Shown here: positions 27,469 to 41,254 of the stretch, in pieces
How the letters are laid out: each line of letters starts with the position of its first letter
Position numbering within the stretch: the first letter of the stretch is position 1
Source of the DNA: Octopus vulgaris
Taxonomy: Eukaryota
Length of the DNA: 64,000 nucleotides
Direction: 5' to 3'
Assembly (NCBI GenBank): GCA_951406725.2
Contig: OX597837.1
Span: 37,696,001-37,760,000, forward strand
Program-made: the position numbers and the translations under genes
The notes under the pieces: model-generated
Database searches by the model: none
What the model was told of the DNA's origin: nothing
What the model saw: only the letters and a program-made list of their open reading frames with translations

Positions 27469-28292
27469 TCACCCCCTCCCCACATATATATACATGTCTG
27501 TATAGATATGGAGACCCCTTCAGTCACGAATGACCATGAGATTGCACCTAGAAAGTTACCCTCTGAGGCACAAGTCCAGGCAAGGTTGTTTTTATGGAAG
27601 ACCAGCAGTCACCCATGCATACAAGCCTCTCTTCTCTGCACCACTGATGTTATCCAAGGGAGAGACAAAGGGGCCAATACAGCTTGGCACCAGTGACATC
27701 ACAACTCATTTCTACAGCTGAGTGAACTGGAGCAACGTGAAATAAAGTATCTTGCTCAAGAACACAACACGTAGCTTGGTCCAGGATTCGAACATACAAC
27801 CTGATGGTCATAAGTTCGATGTTCTAACCAATGAGCCATGTGCCTTCTGTATGGATATATATATATCATCACCATCATTTAATGTCTGCCTTCCATGCTA
27901 GCATGGGTGGAATGGCTTCACAAGAGCCAGCCAGGAAGAAACCTGTACCAGACTTCTGTAACTGTTTTGGCAGTTGGATGCCCTTCCTAACACCAACCAC
28001 TCAGCAGAGTGGACTTAGTGCTTTTTACGTGGCACAAGCACAGGCAAGGTTCAGCTTCTAAGCTGAAGGGAAGGCAGCATGTTCTTTGTCTATCTCAGTT
28101 ACCTTCTTGGAGATTTTAGGTAAAATTATACTAATGTGTCCATCTGTTTTAATTTAATTAAATTATATGTCTTTATGCAGCTGAGGACTGCTCTGCATTT
28201 TAATTGATGTAATGATTGCATTGTTCAATTAAATGGAGTTGCTTGAGAAGAGTGTACTGCACATATGATAGGCTTCTTTCAGTTTCTGCCTA

Positions 28293-28565
<273 letters not shown>

Positions 28566-28680
28566 TTAAACAAAAATAAAAAAGAACTAACGAGGCGCAG
28601 ACGTGATTAAGAAGTTTGCTGTCCAACCATGTGGCCTTGGGTTCCTGTTCAACTGAGTGTCACCTTGGGCAAGAGGCTTC

Positions 28681-28999
28681 GGATCTTTTCCTTTTGAACG
28701 GCAGTTTTCAACACAATTTCTAGTTAACTAAACACTTTTAAACTTCGTATACTGGTAGAATGTATCAAAATAAAACATTTTTTTCGCTTGGCTTTCTTGA
28801 GAAAATTGTAATTTGTAAGTTTAACGTAGTTTAATTTTTCGAATTTTAATCAATCGATGGCCTCTATTGAGCTAAAATCATTTGCTGCGTCTAAAACTGA
28901 GACAATATCCTGTCAGTAACCCTAACCCTAATACGAAGTTTAAAAGTGTTTAGTTAACTAGAAATTGTGTTGAAAACTGCCGTTCAAAAGGAAAAGTCC
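28681..28999. mobile_element. MITE with GG...CC termini and 8-bp TSD GAGGCTTC
   Basis: Long TIRs; TSD on both flanks; inserted into a SINE. Confidence 0.85.
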
Positions 29000-29299
29000 G
29001 AGGCTTCAGCTATAGCCTCGGGTTGACCAAAACCTCGTTAATGGTTTTGGTAGACGGAAACTGAAAGAAGCCCATCGAGCGCGCACGCATACACTTACAA
29101 ACATAGGTTAATGTTTTGCATCTTGACTCGGAAATGAAACTCCAAAAAATATACTGGAATGGGTGCAAAACAATGTGTAGGAAACGAATATGAAAAAAAA
29201 AAAAAAAAAAAAAGAATGCGCGCAAAGCAATGGGAGGGTGGAGAGAGGGCTTCGGAAAATTTACAAGATCCAAGCTTTTTTTCGTTTGTAACCTTTAGG

Positions 29300-29724
29300 G
29301 GCAATCTTTCGTCTCTAGTAGACCTTTCCGTCGATTTCCGTAAAAAATTTTTTTTTATATATGGGCTTGCGGGAACTTTTGAAGTAATGAGAGCGAAAGA
29401 GACTAAGAGAAAGCGATTGTATGACGAAGGAAGTTCTTTTGAAGTTACCGTTCATGGGGAGCATTGATGTACATGTGTGTGTGTGTGTGTGTGTTTGATG
29501 GGGTGTGGGAGACAGACAGTATGTTGTGTAAGTGAAGTGCTTCTGTTAGTGTGTGTGAAGAGACAGAGTAATGTGTGAAAGAAAGAGATAACTGAAATTT
29601 TTTACTCGGTGTATGTGTATATGTATGTATATTACTTCAAAAGTTCCCGCAAGCCCATATGTAAAAAAAAAAAAAAAATTTTACGGAAATCGACGGAAAG
29701 GTCTACTAGAGACGAAAGATCGCC
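29300..29724. mobile_element. MITE with ~90-bp TIRs and 8-bp TSD CCTTTAGG
   Basis: GGCAATCTTTCGTCTCTAGTAGACC...GGTCTACTAGAGACGAAAGATCGCC; nested in an older hairpin element (~29284-29900). Confidence 0.85.
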
Positions 29725-32700
29725 CCTTTAGGAAAATGGGGGGTTTTTTTTAAATGAAATTTTATAGAAATACCTTTCTATAAAGTCCTCTCGATAAAGA
29801 TTTTCCCCAGCATTTTCTTTATAATCGTAATATGCTGTTTGAAAGGTATTTCTGTAAAATTCCATTGAAAATAAATCCCATTTTCCTAAAAGTTCCAAAC
29901 ATTTATATGTGTCTTTATACCTGTTTCCCCACCTCCATCACCGCTCGATAACCGCTGCTGGTTTGTTTACGTCCCCGTATCTTGGCGGCTCTGTAAAATT
30001 GGCCAACAGAATAAGTACCAAGCTTAAAACAAATAAATATTAGGGTCGATCCGTTCGACTAAAACCCCTTCAAGGCTGTGCCCCCATATGGTCGCAGTCC
30101 AATGACTGCCACAAGTGAAATGCAAAAACTGGGAGATAAAACAAAGTCGGAAGATTGGGATGGGGCCAGGCTCGTGTAGGCATGCGGGACCTATTCTTGG
30201 TAGGACGAAAAGAAAAGGGCCCACATCACGTTTTAAACACCGGTTTTCGTCTGATCAACGATGTGGAGCAATGTGGAGCTTTTAATGCTTAAAAACGGGA
30301 GACATCGATCGATAATATTTATTTCTAATACTGTCTTCACCACGCTTGTTAAATACATTTCATAAAATAAGGGACATCTTAAACTCGAGGGACATAAAAA
30401 GTACAAAATTGATAATCAAAGAGAAACGAAGCCGGTAATATACAAAAATAGACGTGGCTAGCAGGAGTAAAGCGAAACGAACGAGTTAATGTTTATGAAT
30501 AAATTATTAAACGTTATTTTTAGACTTCAGTTATCATTTCTCAACGGCAACATTTAATAGCTTTTTGAATAGGAAAGTAGCACAATATGATAACTGCAAC
30601 CCAATTTAATAACCTTGATTTGCATTGTGTGCATTCAGCCGCAAGCATGCGCCCACACACACTAAGTTTCTTTGTCCCAAATTTCCGACACCATTGACAA
30701 TACCAAAACACATACCCACCCACCAACCTCTTGAGCATATTATAAGTTCAAGCATGTATGCACATATATGTTTATACACACATACACACCACATGCACAT
30801 CACCTGTGTGTGTGTGTGTATGTGGTTCAAATTTACAGAAAACAAACGACGAAGACAGGTGAGGGAACAACAAGCAGGTGTATTAGTTTAACGCTTGGGG
30901 GAAAATGGAAATGTCTTTGATGCTTCGAGCCTATGCTCTTCTTCTGTAAGAATTGAAAGGGGAAAAATGTGTAGGGATGACACACACGCCAAAGCCCTGT
31001 GAGTGGATTTGGCAGATTGAAACTGAAAGAAGCCCATTGTATATATATTTGTGTGTGTTTGTCCCCACCACCGCTTGAAAATAGGCGTTGGCTTTTTTAC
31101 ATTCCTGTAACTTAGTGGTTCAGCAAAAAAAACTGGGATCTTTTCGGTTTGAACGGCAGTTTTTTCTAGCTGTGTCATATGAAATTGTCACCCATAATTA
31201 TGACCCTAGTATCAATCTATTGCATTTCAATCTGTTTTAGGGTTAGGGGTGGGGGGAAGGGTATCTTTTTTTCTTCAGAAATGTAAATAAACTCAATCTG
31301 TTTCTTAAACGAGGGACAGAATGTTGCTTACCTCAATAGACACCATTGATTGGTTGAAATTGAAGAAAAAAAGCAACAAATATCTTACAAAGTATAGAAT
31401 TTTCTGAATAAAGCCAAGAGAAAAAGATGTTTTATAAACACATTCTACAAGTATACGAAGTTTAAAAGTAATTAGTTACCTAGAAATTATGTTAAAAACT
31501 GCCGTTCAAACCGAAAAGATCCAAATATAAGTACCAGACTTGAAAAAAAAAAGTTCTGGCAGCCAATTTGTTTCACGACACCCTTCAAAGCAGTGCTCCA
31601 GCATGGCTGCAGTCTAATAACTAAAACAAGCAAGGAATATATTCCATCGGGTGACAAGTTCAAAGAGGCTATGAGTGGTCACTTGGAATAAAGAATTCAA
31701 AGACAGGTCTGAGAGTGAATAAAAATAACAAATCCACATTTATTAGATCCTCAAAATATATTTTGTTTCACCTGGGCCATGGGTGAACAAAATATATTTT
31801 GTTGAACTAATGGTATAGAAAATCTGCCTCAAAACACTCCATTTGATGCATGCGAGCATGGAAAAGTGATGTTGAAATGATGATGATGAGGAGGAGGCAG
31901 AGGATAATGGTTATGGAATAAACGTTCATTCCCTTTCAGATCTATCTTGGAGTTCTTTATTCTCAGTGACCAAACAAGTGAATATGCACGGCTTAGTGGT
32001 TAGGGGGTTGCAATCACAAGGGCAATATCATGGTTTCAATTTCTGGATTGGACTAAGGTGGTGAGCTGGCAAAAACGTTAGCACGCTTGGTGTAATGCTT
32101 CACGGTATTTCGTCTGCTGTTACGTTCTGAGTTCAAATTCCGCCAAGGTCGACTTAGCCTTTCATCCTTTCGGGGTTGATTAAATAAGTACCAGTTATGC
32201 ACTGGGGTCGATATAATCAACTTAATCCGTGTGTCTGTCCTTGTTTGTCCTCTCAGTGTTTAGCCCCTTGTGGGCAGTAAAGAAATAGGCATTTCATCTG
32301 CCGTTACATTCTGAGTTCAAATTAAGTATCAGTTGCACACTGGGGGTCAATGTAATCAACTTAATCCCTTTGTCTGTCCTTGTTTGTCCCCTCTATGTTT
32401 AGCCCCTTGTGGGCAATAAAGAAATAAATGTTAGCATGTCGGGCGAGATGCTTAGTGGTATTTCGTCTGTCTTTAAATTCTGAGTTCAAATTCCACCAAG
32501 GTCAACTTAGCTTTTCATCCTTTCAAGGTCAATAAATTAAGTACCAGTAATGCGCTGGGGATCGATCTAATCGACTGGCCATTTCCCCCAAAATTTTGGG
32601 CCTTGTACCTAGAGTAGAAAAAATTTCTGGACTGGATTGGGCTGTGTTGTGTCCTTGGGCAAAACACTTCATTTCAGTTAGCTAGGATGTATTGATTTCG

Positions 32701-32948
32701 GTCACATATTTGCCACGGAACCAAACTGGTCCTATGAGTCCTAAGACCAAGATACAGCAACATCCCTACATAGCTTCTTTGAACTTGTCACTCCTGGAAA
32801 ATTATCTGTTTTCACCAACCACTTATTGACTGGTTCCTTCAAAACTAGCCCTCCCCCCTCAGATGAAGGGTCTTATCTTAAAAGTTATTTGATGACACAG
32901 TTCTATATTTATCTTAGGAATGAGAACCCAGGTTTGAAATTTCTGCAA

Positions 32949-32994
32949 GACACCTGATGAAGACTGGAGGGTATATCAGCCGAAACGTTGTGTT
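32949..32994 (+). ncRNA. Minimal hammerhead motif (tRNA-SINE-associated family)
   Basis: GACAC-CUGAUGA-A-GACUG[GAGGGUAUAU]CAGCC-GAA-ACGU-U^GUGUU; palindromic ACGU stem III. Confidence 0.7.
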
Positions 32995-33758
32995 AACAAC
33001 AAACAAGATGAGGACAAATATCCGTCAAATGTAAATAATATAAATAATTTGCTTGATGACCTTACTAGGGCTGGTGCACTCTGTAATGTAGTTTAGCATT
33101 AGGAAGGGCATTCTGCCACAGAAAATGCACCTTAGCAAATTCTGTTTAATCCATGCGGGGGATTAAACAGAAATAACTCAAGGTGGCCAGTAGAATAGAT
33201 ACAAGCAATGAAAATTAATAAATTTGCTTTAAATACTTGATTTGTTGAAATTATTTTCCCCTTTCAGGGAAGACTAAACAAATGTCTAGAGGCAATTGCA
33301 ATCAACTTCCAATGAGAAGGGGAGATAATCCTGAGAATAAAAAAAACATTATCTAAAATTAACATGCTTAAGAAAAAGAGAGTTTGATTGCTTTTGATTG
33401 GAAAGAAGAGGACATGTTTCTACTCCAATAGACATCATTAGCACATCAAGTGTCCTACATTGGAGAATGAGATTCTTGAGATTATCTCCCCTTCTCCTCA
33501 TGTATTGTTTTAACCCTTTATCTGTCCGGTGCGTCACATCTATGAAGGCGCATGGCTGAGTGGTTAGGGTATTTGGCTTGTGATTGTAAAGTCACGAGTT
33601 CAATTCCTGGTGATTCGTTGTGTCCTTGAGCAAGACACTTTATTTTACATTGCCCCAGTCCACATACATAATATACACATACAAATGAGTGTATATACCC
33701 ACTCTTGTATGGGTGTACCTCCTCTGATTTTCATATTTAATTTAGTTTGTTCTTCATA

Positions 33759-33885
33759 ATCTCTGAAGAGGCCTTGGGATATTTTTGTAAGTGTCTCATC
33801 TATAACTACATATTAACCTATCACACATGGCTAATATGAGCATAATGAGGCACCCATATCTGCATGGCTGAAACAGCTGTAAGAT
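33759..33885 (+). ncRNA. Hammerhead motif with ~90-nt stem II insert
   Basis: AUCU-CUGAAGA-GGCC...GGCU-GAA-ACAGCUGU-A^AGAU. All core nucleotides intact; perfectly palindromic stem III. Confidence 0.72.
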
Positions 33886-34801
33886 GTAGTTTATATTTAT
33901 ATTTATTTATATTTACTTATACATACTGTACTTATTGTATCTTATTACTCATTGATGTACATTGTTTTGTTCTATATTATTATGTTTGACCTTAATGTTC
34001 ATATGTAGTGGTTTAATAAATTATGTGATTGGGTATTATCTGGTAGTTGATTATTGATTTAGATGTATTTCTCCATTTCCTTATTTTGTATATATATATA
34101 TATATGACGGGCTTCTTTCAGTTTCCATCTACCAAATCAACTCATAAGGCTTTAGTTGGACCGAGGCTATAGAAGACACTTGCCCAAGGTGCCACACAGT
34201 GGAACTGAACCCGGAACCGTGTGGTTGGTAAGCAAGCTTCTTATCACACAGCCATGCCACACCTGCACCAAAGCCATCTTAAACTGTCTCTTCTAACAGA
34301 ACTGCCTGACCCATTGCCTGTCTTGTGGTTCACATAATTCCCTGGTGTCCATGCATCGTAGACATTCCCAGTTTTCTTTCATCCACCAGAGTGATTTGGG
34401 ACTCATGAAAGGGAAGATTTATAATACTCAGGACATATGAAACAAGGGCCAACTATAAGTCTGAAAGCAAACATGGACTTCTCGGACAAATTTATGATCA
34501 TGCCAGCATGGAAAACAGACGTTAAAATGATGATGCTGATGATGATGTTATATATATAAAGAAAGAAAAGGGAGAATTAGCTGGATGTATAAATTTTAAT
34601 TTATTTGTTTCAGTAATTTGACTGTGGCCACGCTGGAGCACCACCTTCAGTTGAACAACTCGACCCCAGGACTGATTCTTTGTAAGCCTAGTACTTATTT
34701 CGCTGGCATCTTTGGCCAAACTGTTAAGTTACGGGGTTGTAAACACACTAACATTGGTTGTCAAGCGATGGTGGTGGTGGGGGACAAACACACACACATA
34801 A

Positions 34802-34848
<47 letters not shown>

Positions 34849-35924
34849 GCTTCTTTCAGTTTCTGTCTACCAAATCCACTCACTAGGCTTTGATTGGCCC
34901 AAAGCCATAGTAAAATACACTTGCCCAAGGTGCCACACAGTGGGACTGAACCTGGAACCATGTAGTTGGGAAGCAAGCTTCTTACCACACAGCCACGCTT
35001 ATAAATGTTTTCCATTCTCTTGGTATAAGTCCAAGTATGTAAGACACCAGCTGTGCTGATGACACGCATTAGGGTAGAAACGTGCAACGACAGTTGTCCA
35101 TTTTTATCTCCAATTACATTGCATTTTCCTTAACGGCATAACAGTGTGGGAGAATTTGGGATTGCTGAGATTATCTCCCCTTCTCATCTGGAATTGGTTA
35201 AAATTACAAGACACATAGATATTTATACACACACACATAGATATATACACACACATGCATATATACACATACATGCATATATATATATATATATATTTAT
35301 ACATATACACGCACATATATATACTCTTTACTCTTTCACTTGTTTCAGTCATTTGACTGTGGCCATGCTGGAGCACCGCCTTTAGTCGAAGAAATCGACC
35401 CCCCAGGACTTATTCTTTGTAAGCCTAGTACTTATTCTATCGGTGTCTTTTGCTGAACCGCTAAGTTACGGGACGTAAACACACCAGCATCGATTGTCAA
35501 GCGACGTTGGGGGACAAACACACTCACATATATACGACGAGCTTCTTTCAGTTTCCGTCTACCAAATCCACTCACAAGGCTTTGGTCGGCCTGGGACTAT
35601 AACAGAAGACACTTGCCTAAGGTGTCACGCAGTGGGACTGAACACAGAACCATGTGGTTGGCAAGCAAGCTACTTACCACATAGCCATTCCTATATATAT
35701 ATATGTATAAAATTTAAAGGACTGACCACTATAAGTGGACAGTCAATATGCTAGATATAGACGTCAAAATCGCTATTTACCACGCTGTTATCTAGCATAT
35801 TGACTGTCCACTTTTAGTGGTCAGTCCTTTAAATTTGTATTTAAAAAATATTTTAATCTTTGGATTTTTTTAATATGCTAGGCCACTGGTTTTAATTGAT
35901 TAATATCAATTTCTACCCTTATTC

Positions 35925-35966
<42 letters not shown>

Positions 35967-37802
35967 CAACACATGATGCAGCACGGATTTTTGTCAGTGA
36001 ACAGGTCGCGGTCTAATAGCGACGAAAATATTTTGGCAAATTAAATTTAAATGTTGAAGTGAATCTAACGGTTTTTGGGTGTTGCTTAAATGGCTTATAA
36101 ACACCTTCCACGCTGCAAATGCTTTCGTTCCAGCACACGATCTCAGATCAGGTTACTTGCTATGCAAGTACATCGCTGTAATATATATATATATATATAT
36201 ACACATACACACTTGCATACACACATATGTACATACACGCATGCATACACACACATAAGTACACACATATTTACAGCCATTTATTCAAAGACCACCAAAT
36301 ATATTTGAAGTAGTAAAATGTAAACAAACAATCGCTAATAATCGGCAAGTGGCCCACAATGAGAGCGAAATTGAAAATTCCTGGTGTGAATAGGGCTTCA
36401 TATTTTAGCATCCAAATCTCCCCTTTAAATAGTATCAAATTAAAAATAAAAGGAACTACACTTTAGATACGGTTTTCTTGATTACATTCTGAAATATATA
36501 TATACAGGATAACCAAAACTGGATTGCCTCTAATCATAGGTCTACTGGGTCACGCAATGGCCTAGGGTTAAACAACATTGTCAAAATGGTGGATCGGTAT
36601 GTGGACGCTCGAATGCTAGACATAGCAGTTAAATCTTCAGATGCTGCTAAAAGTACAGTGTGGTCAAAAATGGGACGAAGGCAAAGAATATGCACACTCG
36701 GGTTGGGGTTAGGGTTAGGGTTTAGGGTCAGGGTTAGTTTTAGGATTAGGGTTACGCCGAAAACGGGTGGCGCCCGAATATGGAATGTCTTTGATCATAA
36801 GTGTGCTTGATCAGGATTGACCAAGGGCTAAACAGCGACTTCGATCATGTTAAATCATTGGACAACAGGGAGCCTTCTACGTGGTCATCTGAAGTGGTTG
36901 AAATAACAGCCAAATTCCATTTAAATTTCGCTTTATCGTCACATAAATAAATAAATAAATAAATAAATATAAGGACACATTGAATAATGTAGTCCTAGAT
37001 ACACATACGCTATAGTTGAATAAGAGGTGAGAAGGTCATAACTGAAGCGCCTTTCATCATAGGTCGGGGTAATCAGAGAACCGTCTTTGAGGAGGAATTT
37101 GTTAAACACGAACTACTACTACTACTACTACAGTTGTAAATAACTGTTAGGATGGTCACGGTGGGAACACATCTTTGATCATTGGTCTAAGAACAATTAA
37201 ATGCAGTCAAGTTAACAAGGGAACCTGTATGAGGACACTCGAGAGGCTAGAAATGGCAGCCAAAAATCGTCTTATGTCACAGTTAAAGGACATGTAACTT
37301 GAAGAATTCGGTCGTGCATTCTTTTGCTTGCATATAGGGAAATTATATGAGGTAGTCACATCTGGATTGTCTCTGATTGTAGTTTTGCTGCTATCGGAGA
37401 CGACCGAGATATAAATAACATTTAAAAACCGCACACACACAGACACACCCGCATATATATACATACATAAACACACGCACACATATGTATATACATGCAT
37501 ACACAGAGATGATTTATGCACACACACACACATCTATCTATCTATCTGTCTATCTACCTACCTACCTACCTACCTATCTATCTATCTATCTCTCTCTCTA
37601 TCTATCTATCTCTCTCTCTATCTATCTATCTCTATCTATCTATCTGTCTGTCTATCTATCTATCTACTTAATGATTAGGGTTCAGCAAAGATTTGCCTAA
37701 CCACATACCGAAGTTTAGAAATAGCAGCCAAAAAACGTTAGGGACTCCCTTTAAAAAGGGATTACTTCTTAATTAATTAATTTCACCCTCTGTTATTATT
37801 GT

Positions 37803-37852
<50 letters not shown>

Positions 37853-37907
37853 ATTTAATAAATAAAACATATATACATACATATATGTACATACCTACAT
37901 CTATATG

Positions 37908-37940
<33 letters not shown>

Positions 37941-38138
37941 ATATATACATACATACGTGTGTGAAACTGTGAACGTATGTGCAATATTATATATGTAAGT
38001 GTGACACACAGACACACACACATATATATATATATAATATGCACGTACAATAATGTGAGCGTGTCTCTGTTACATGTAATATACACGTCTAATATACAGT
38101 ATATAATATACAATAGATATACGTTGGTGTATACATAC

Positions 38139-38384
38139 ATCGTTGGCAGCACACATCTGGACGATCTTGAGGACAGCTTCTTTGACATAATATCGTCCAT
38201 CACCTCCAATGACCAGGGTGCAGTTTTTCAGTTTATCCCCCAGGGCCGCGGTCAGCATCGACTGTATAAAGTTCTCCGTGTAGTTCTCTTCCATATACAC
38301 CTTCACAGGTTTGCGGAGGCCGCTTGTTCCCGGTTTTTGACCGTCATACGGCTTGGTGATCACTGTTGAAACCTCCAGGGCCAT
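38139..38384 (-). CDS. PGM1: Phosphoglucomutase exon 1 (MALEVSTV...CAAND)
   Basis: ATG at 38384; PYDGQKPGTSGLRK and GGDGRYY motifs; donor GTATGT at 38138. Confidence 0.95.
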
Positions 38385-39609
38385 GTTGGGCTATTTCTGT
38401 GGTTTTTGAGGTGGCGGGGTTTTTTTAATGGTCTCTCTTGGAGTTTAGAGTCCCGACTTGTAGCTTGTGGTGTGGAGTGGAAGTATGTAAGCTTGGCTGG
38501 GAATTAGAACCGAAGAAAATGGAAATGAAACAAACCAAAAATAATGCTGATCTGAAGGAATTGGTAGAATCTTAACGGCCTTAATTCGACGCCGTTTCTG
38601 CGTTTTTTGGATGGAATTAAAGAGAGAGGAAGAAAGAAAGAGAGGAAAGTCTGCGACAGAAACAGACAAATTCCTTCTCGGTCGGTAGCGTGATAGATTC
38701 AGTTGAGATCTATCTATCTATCTATCTATGTATATATATATATATATATTTATGCGTGTGTGTGTGTAGATATATATATGTGTATATATATAGGTTAAGG
38801 TATGTATAAAATTGCTGTTATGACACTGTATAAGAAGGATAGAGAGAGGGGGAAGTGAGAGTAATAGCGAGAAAGCGAGGGCGGAGGAAGGAGGAAGAGG
38901 CAGAGGGAGAAATATGTAAGAAAGGAAGGATAGGCAGAGAGAGAGAGTGTACGCTTAATGGAGAGAGTGTCTGAGAGAGAGAGAGAGAGAGAGAGAAAAA
39001 CAAAGACAGGAAGAGACACAGAGAGAGAGAGAGAGTATGAGAGTAAACGAGAGAGAGAGGAGGAGGGAGGCAGAGGCAGAGGCAGGCGTGCTCTTATTAC
39101 CAACAATAGAAAGCGATCGACGGCGATGACGACCTTGAACCTAAACTCTCAAGGACGGTCACGCACGCACCCCCCTCCCTCATACGCACGCACGCGCACG
39201 TTAACATGGTTATTAAAGAATGTGTGTGTGTGTGTTTAGATGTGTAAATATATATTTGTATATATAAACGTTGTTGGAAGTTTGTTTAGATATGATAATT
39301 ATTAATAATTGTTAGGTTCAGTCAATGTCTGTTTTTAAATAGAAAAGGAGGTTCCCAGATTTTATTGTGTGCGTGTGCGCGCGTGTGTTCGTGTGAATCT
39401 TTACCTCCTTATCTGTCTCTCTGTGTGCTTTGTCTGTCTGTCTGCCTACCTGTCTGTCTGCCTACCTGTCCCTCTGCCTACCTGTCTGTCTGCCTACCTG
39501 TCTGTCTGTCTCCCTGGCTCTATCTTTCTATCTATCTATGTGTCGCGTTGCTCTCATGCAACTATGCCGTCCGGAGTCGACCTTGAGTGACTTCAACACA
39601 ACCAAAGCA

Positions 39610-40034
39610 AGATCTTTTCGGTTTGAACGGCAGTTTTTTAAAATAATTTCCATGTAACTAAGCACTTTTAAACTTTGTATACTGGTAGAATGTGTTTATA
39701 AAACATCTTTTTCTCTCGGCTTTATTGAGAAAATTCTATAGTTTGTAAGATATTTGTTGTTGTTTTTTTTCAGTTTCTGCAATATCAACCAATCAATGAC
39801 GTCTATTGAAGTGAAAACATTCTGTGCCGTATGAATATGTCCCTCGTTTAAGAAACAGTTTGGGTTTATTTACATTTCTGAAAAAAAAAAAAAGATACCC
39901 TTCCCCCACCCCTAACCCTAACCCTAACCCTAAAACAGATTGAAATGCAATAGATCGATACTAGGGTCATAATTATGAGTGACAATTTCATATGACACCG
40001 CTAGAAAAAACTGCCGTTCAAACTGAAAAGATCC
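39610..40034. mobile_element. MITE (GGATCTTTTCGG family) with 8-bp TSD CCAAAGCA
   Basis: TIRs, TSD at 39602 and 40035, internal (CCCTAA)n. Confidence 0.85.
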
Positions 40035-40054
40035 CCAAAGCATTCTATAGGGGA

Positions 40055-40915
40055 TTAGTGGAGGGGACGACTTTCAGGCCAGGGCCCATGGACAACTTCC
40101 AGAGATCCCTGGTCTGACAGTGCTACCAAGAAGCGCTACCCGGTTCTACAGACACGGTTCAAGAAACACGGGGCCGACCTGCCCGAGATGCGGTCAGAGC
40201 GACATATCCGTTCTGCACGCACTCGTGCAGTATCCAACAATTTCCAACCTGTGGGCTTATGTCGAACGACTGCTGTCACGTGTGGGACGAGTCGGTTTAT
40301 CAGCTGAGTCTATCGTCAATATTGTCACGCCTCCTTCCTTCAAACGGGAAGGAAGAGCTATTTTTATCATCCTTGTGGCTATGGCGAAAGAATGTATCTG
40401 GTGGACGCGTCTGAAAGGATTGGAGACAAACACTTCCTCTCTGGTCAATCTCTCATCAACTTCTTCAAGTACCACTTGAAAAGGAAAGTGAGAGTAGAGA
40501 GGCAAGTTTTGTCTAGCGAATGTTTCAAAAAAGATGGGTGAATGTAGCAAGGATGGCACATATGAATGACGAAGCCACCGTGAGCATAATCCTATGAACC
40601 TGGAAAAATTTAAAACAGAGGGTTACCTACTTGCAAACAAATGTGGTAACATGTAACATTATTGACCGAGGTTACTGTGGTCTTTTCCGTAGGCTTTTCT
40701 TTCCACAGATAAACCTTATCTGTTTCCCCTTTTACACTTTACATCATGACATTTCTGTGATACACAATCACTATTGATCGTTTTTTTTCTTTCCCTTTTA
40801 CGATCCCTTTTGATCGAAAACCTACCCAACTTTTTTTTTCTCTCCCCAAAAAGAAAAGCTCTACTTTGTAATCTGTCCCGTCTGTGTGCAGCCCTGTATG
40901 GCTAATAAAGAAACA
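40055..40915 (+). mobile_element. Tx1/L1-like LINE 3' fragment
   Basis: CPRCGQSDISVLHALVQYP zinc-knuckle remnant, AKECIWW motif, 3' UTR ending AATAAAGAAAC followed by (TATC)n. Confidence 0.7.
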
Positions 40916-40943
40916 TATCTATCTATCTATCTATCTATTTATC

Positions 40944-40974
<31 letters not shown>

Positions 40975-41113
40975 CTATCTGCCTGTTTCTATCTATCTAT
41001 CTCTTTCTGTCTGTTTGTCTGCCTGCCTACCTGTCTGTCTGTCTCTCTGTCTGTCTGTCTGGCTCTCTATCTGTCTGTCTGTCTGTCTATATATCTGTCT
41101 GTCCGTCTATCTA

Positions 41114-41206
<93 letters not shown>

Positions 41207-41254
41207 GGCTATCTATTCTATCTATCTGTTGTGTGTTCACACTGACATTACACA

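Noticed and set aside
38690-39200. PGM core promoter / transcription start
   Set aside because: The region is CpG-enriched and plausible, but no TATA or Inr could be placed on the correct strand with support.
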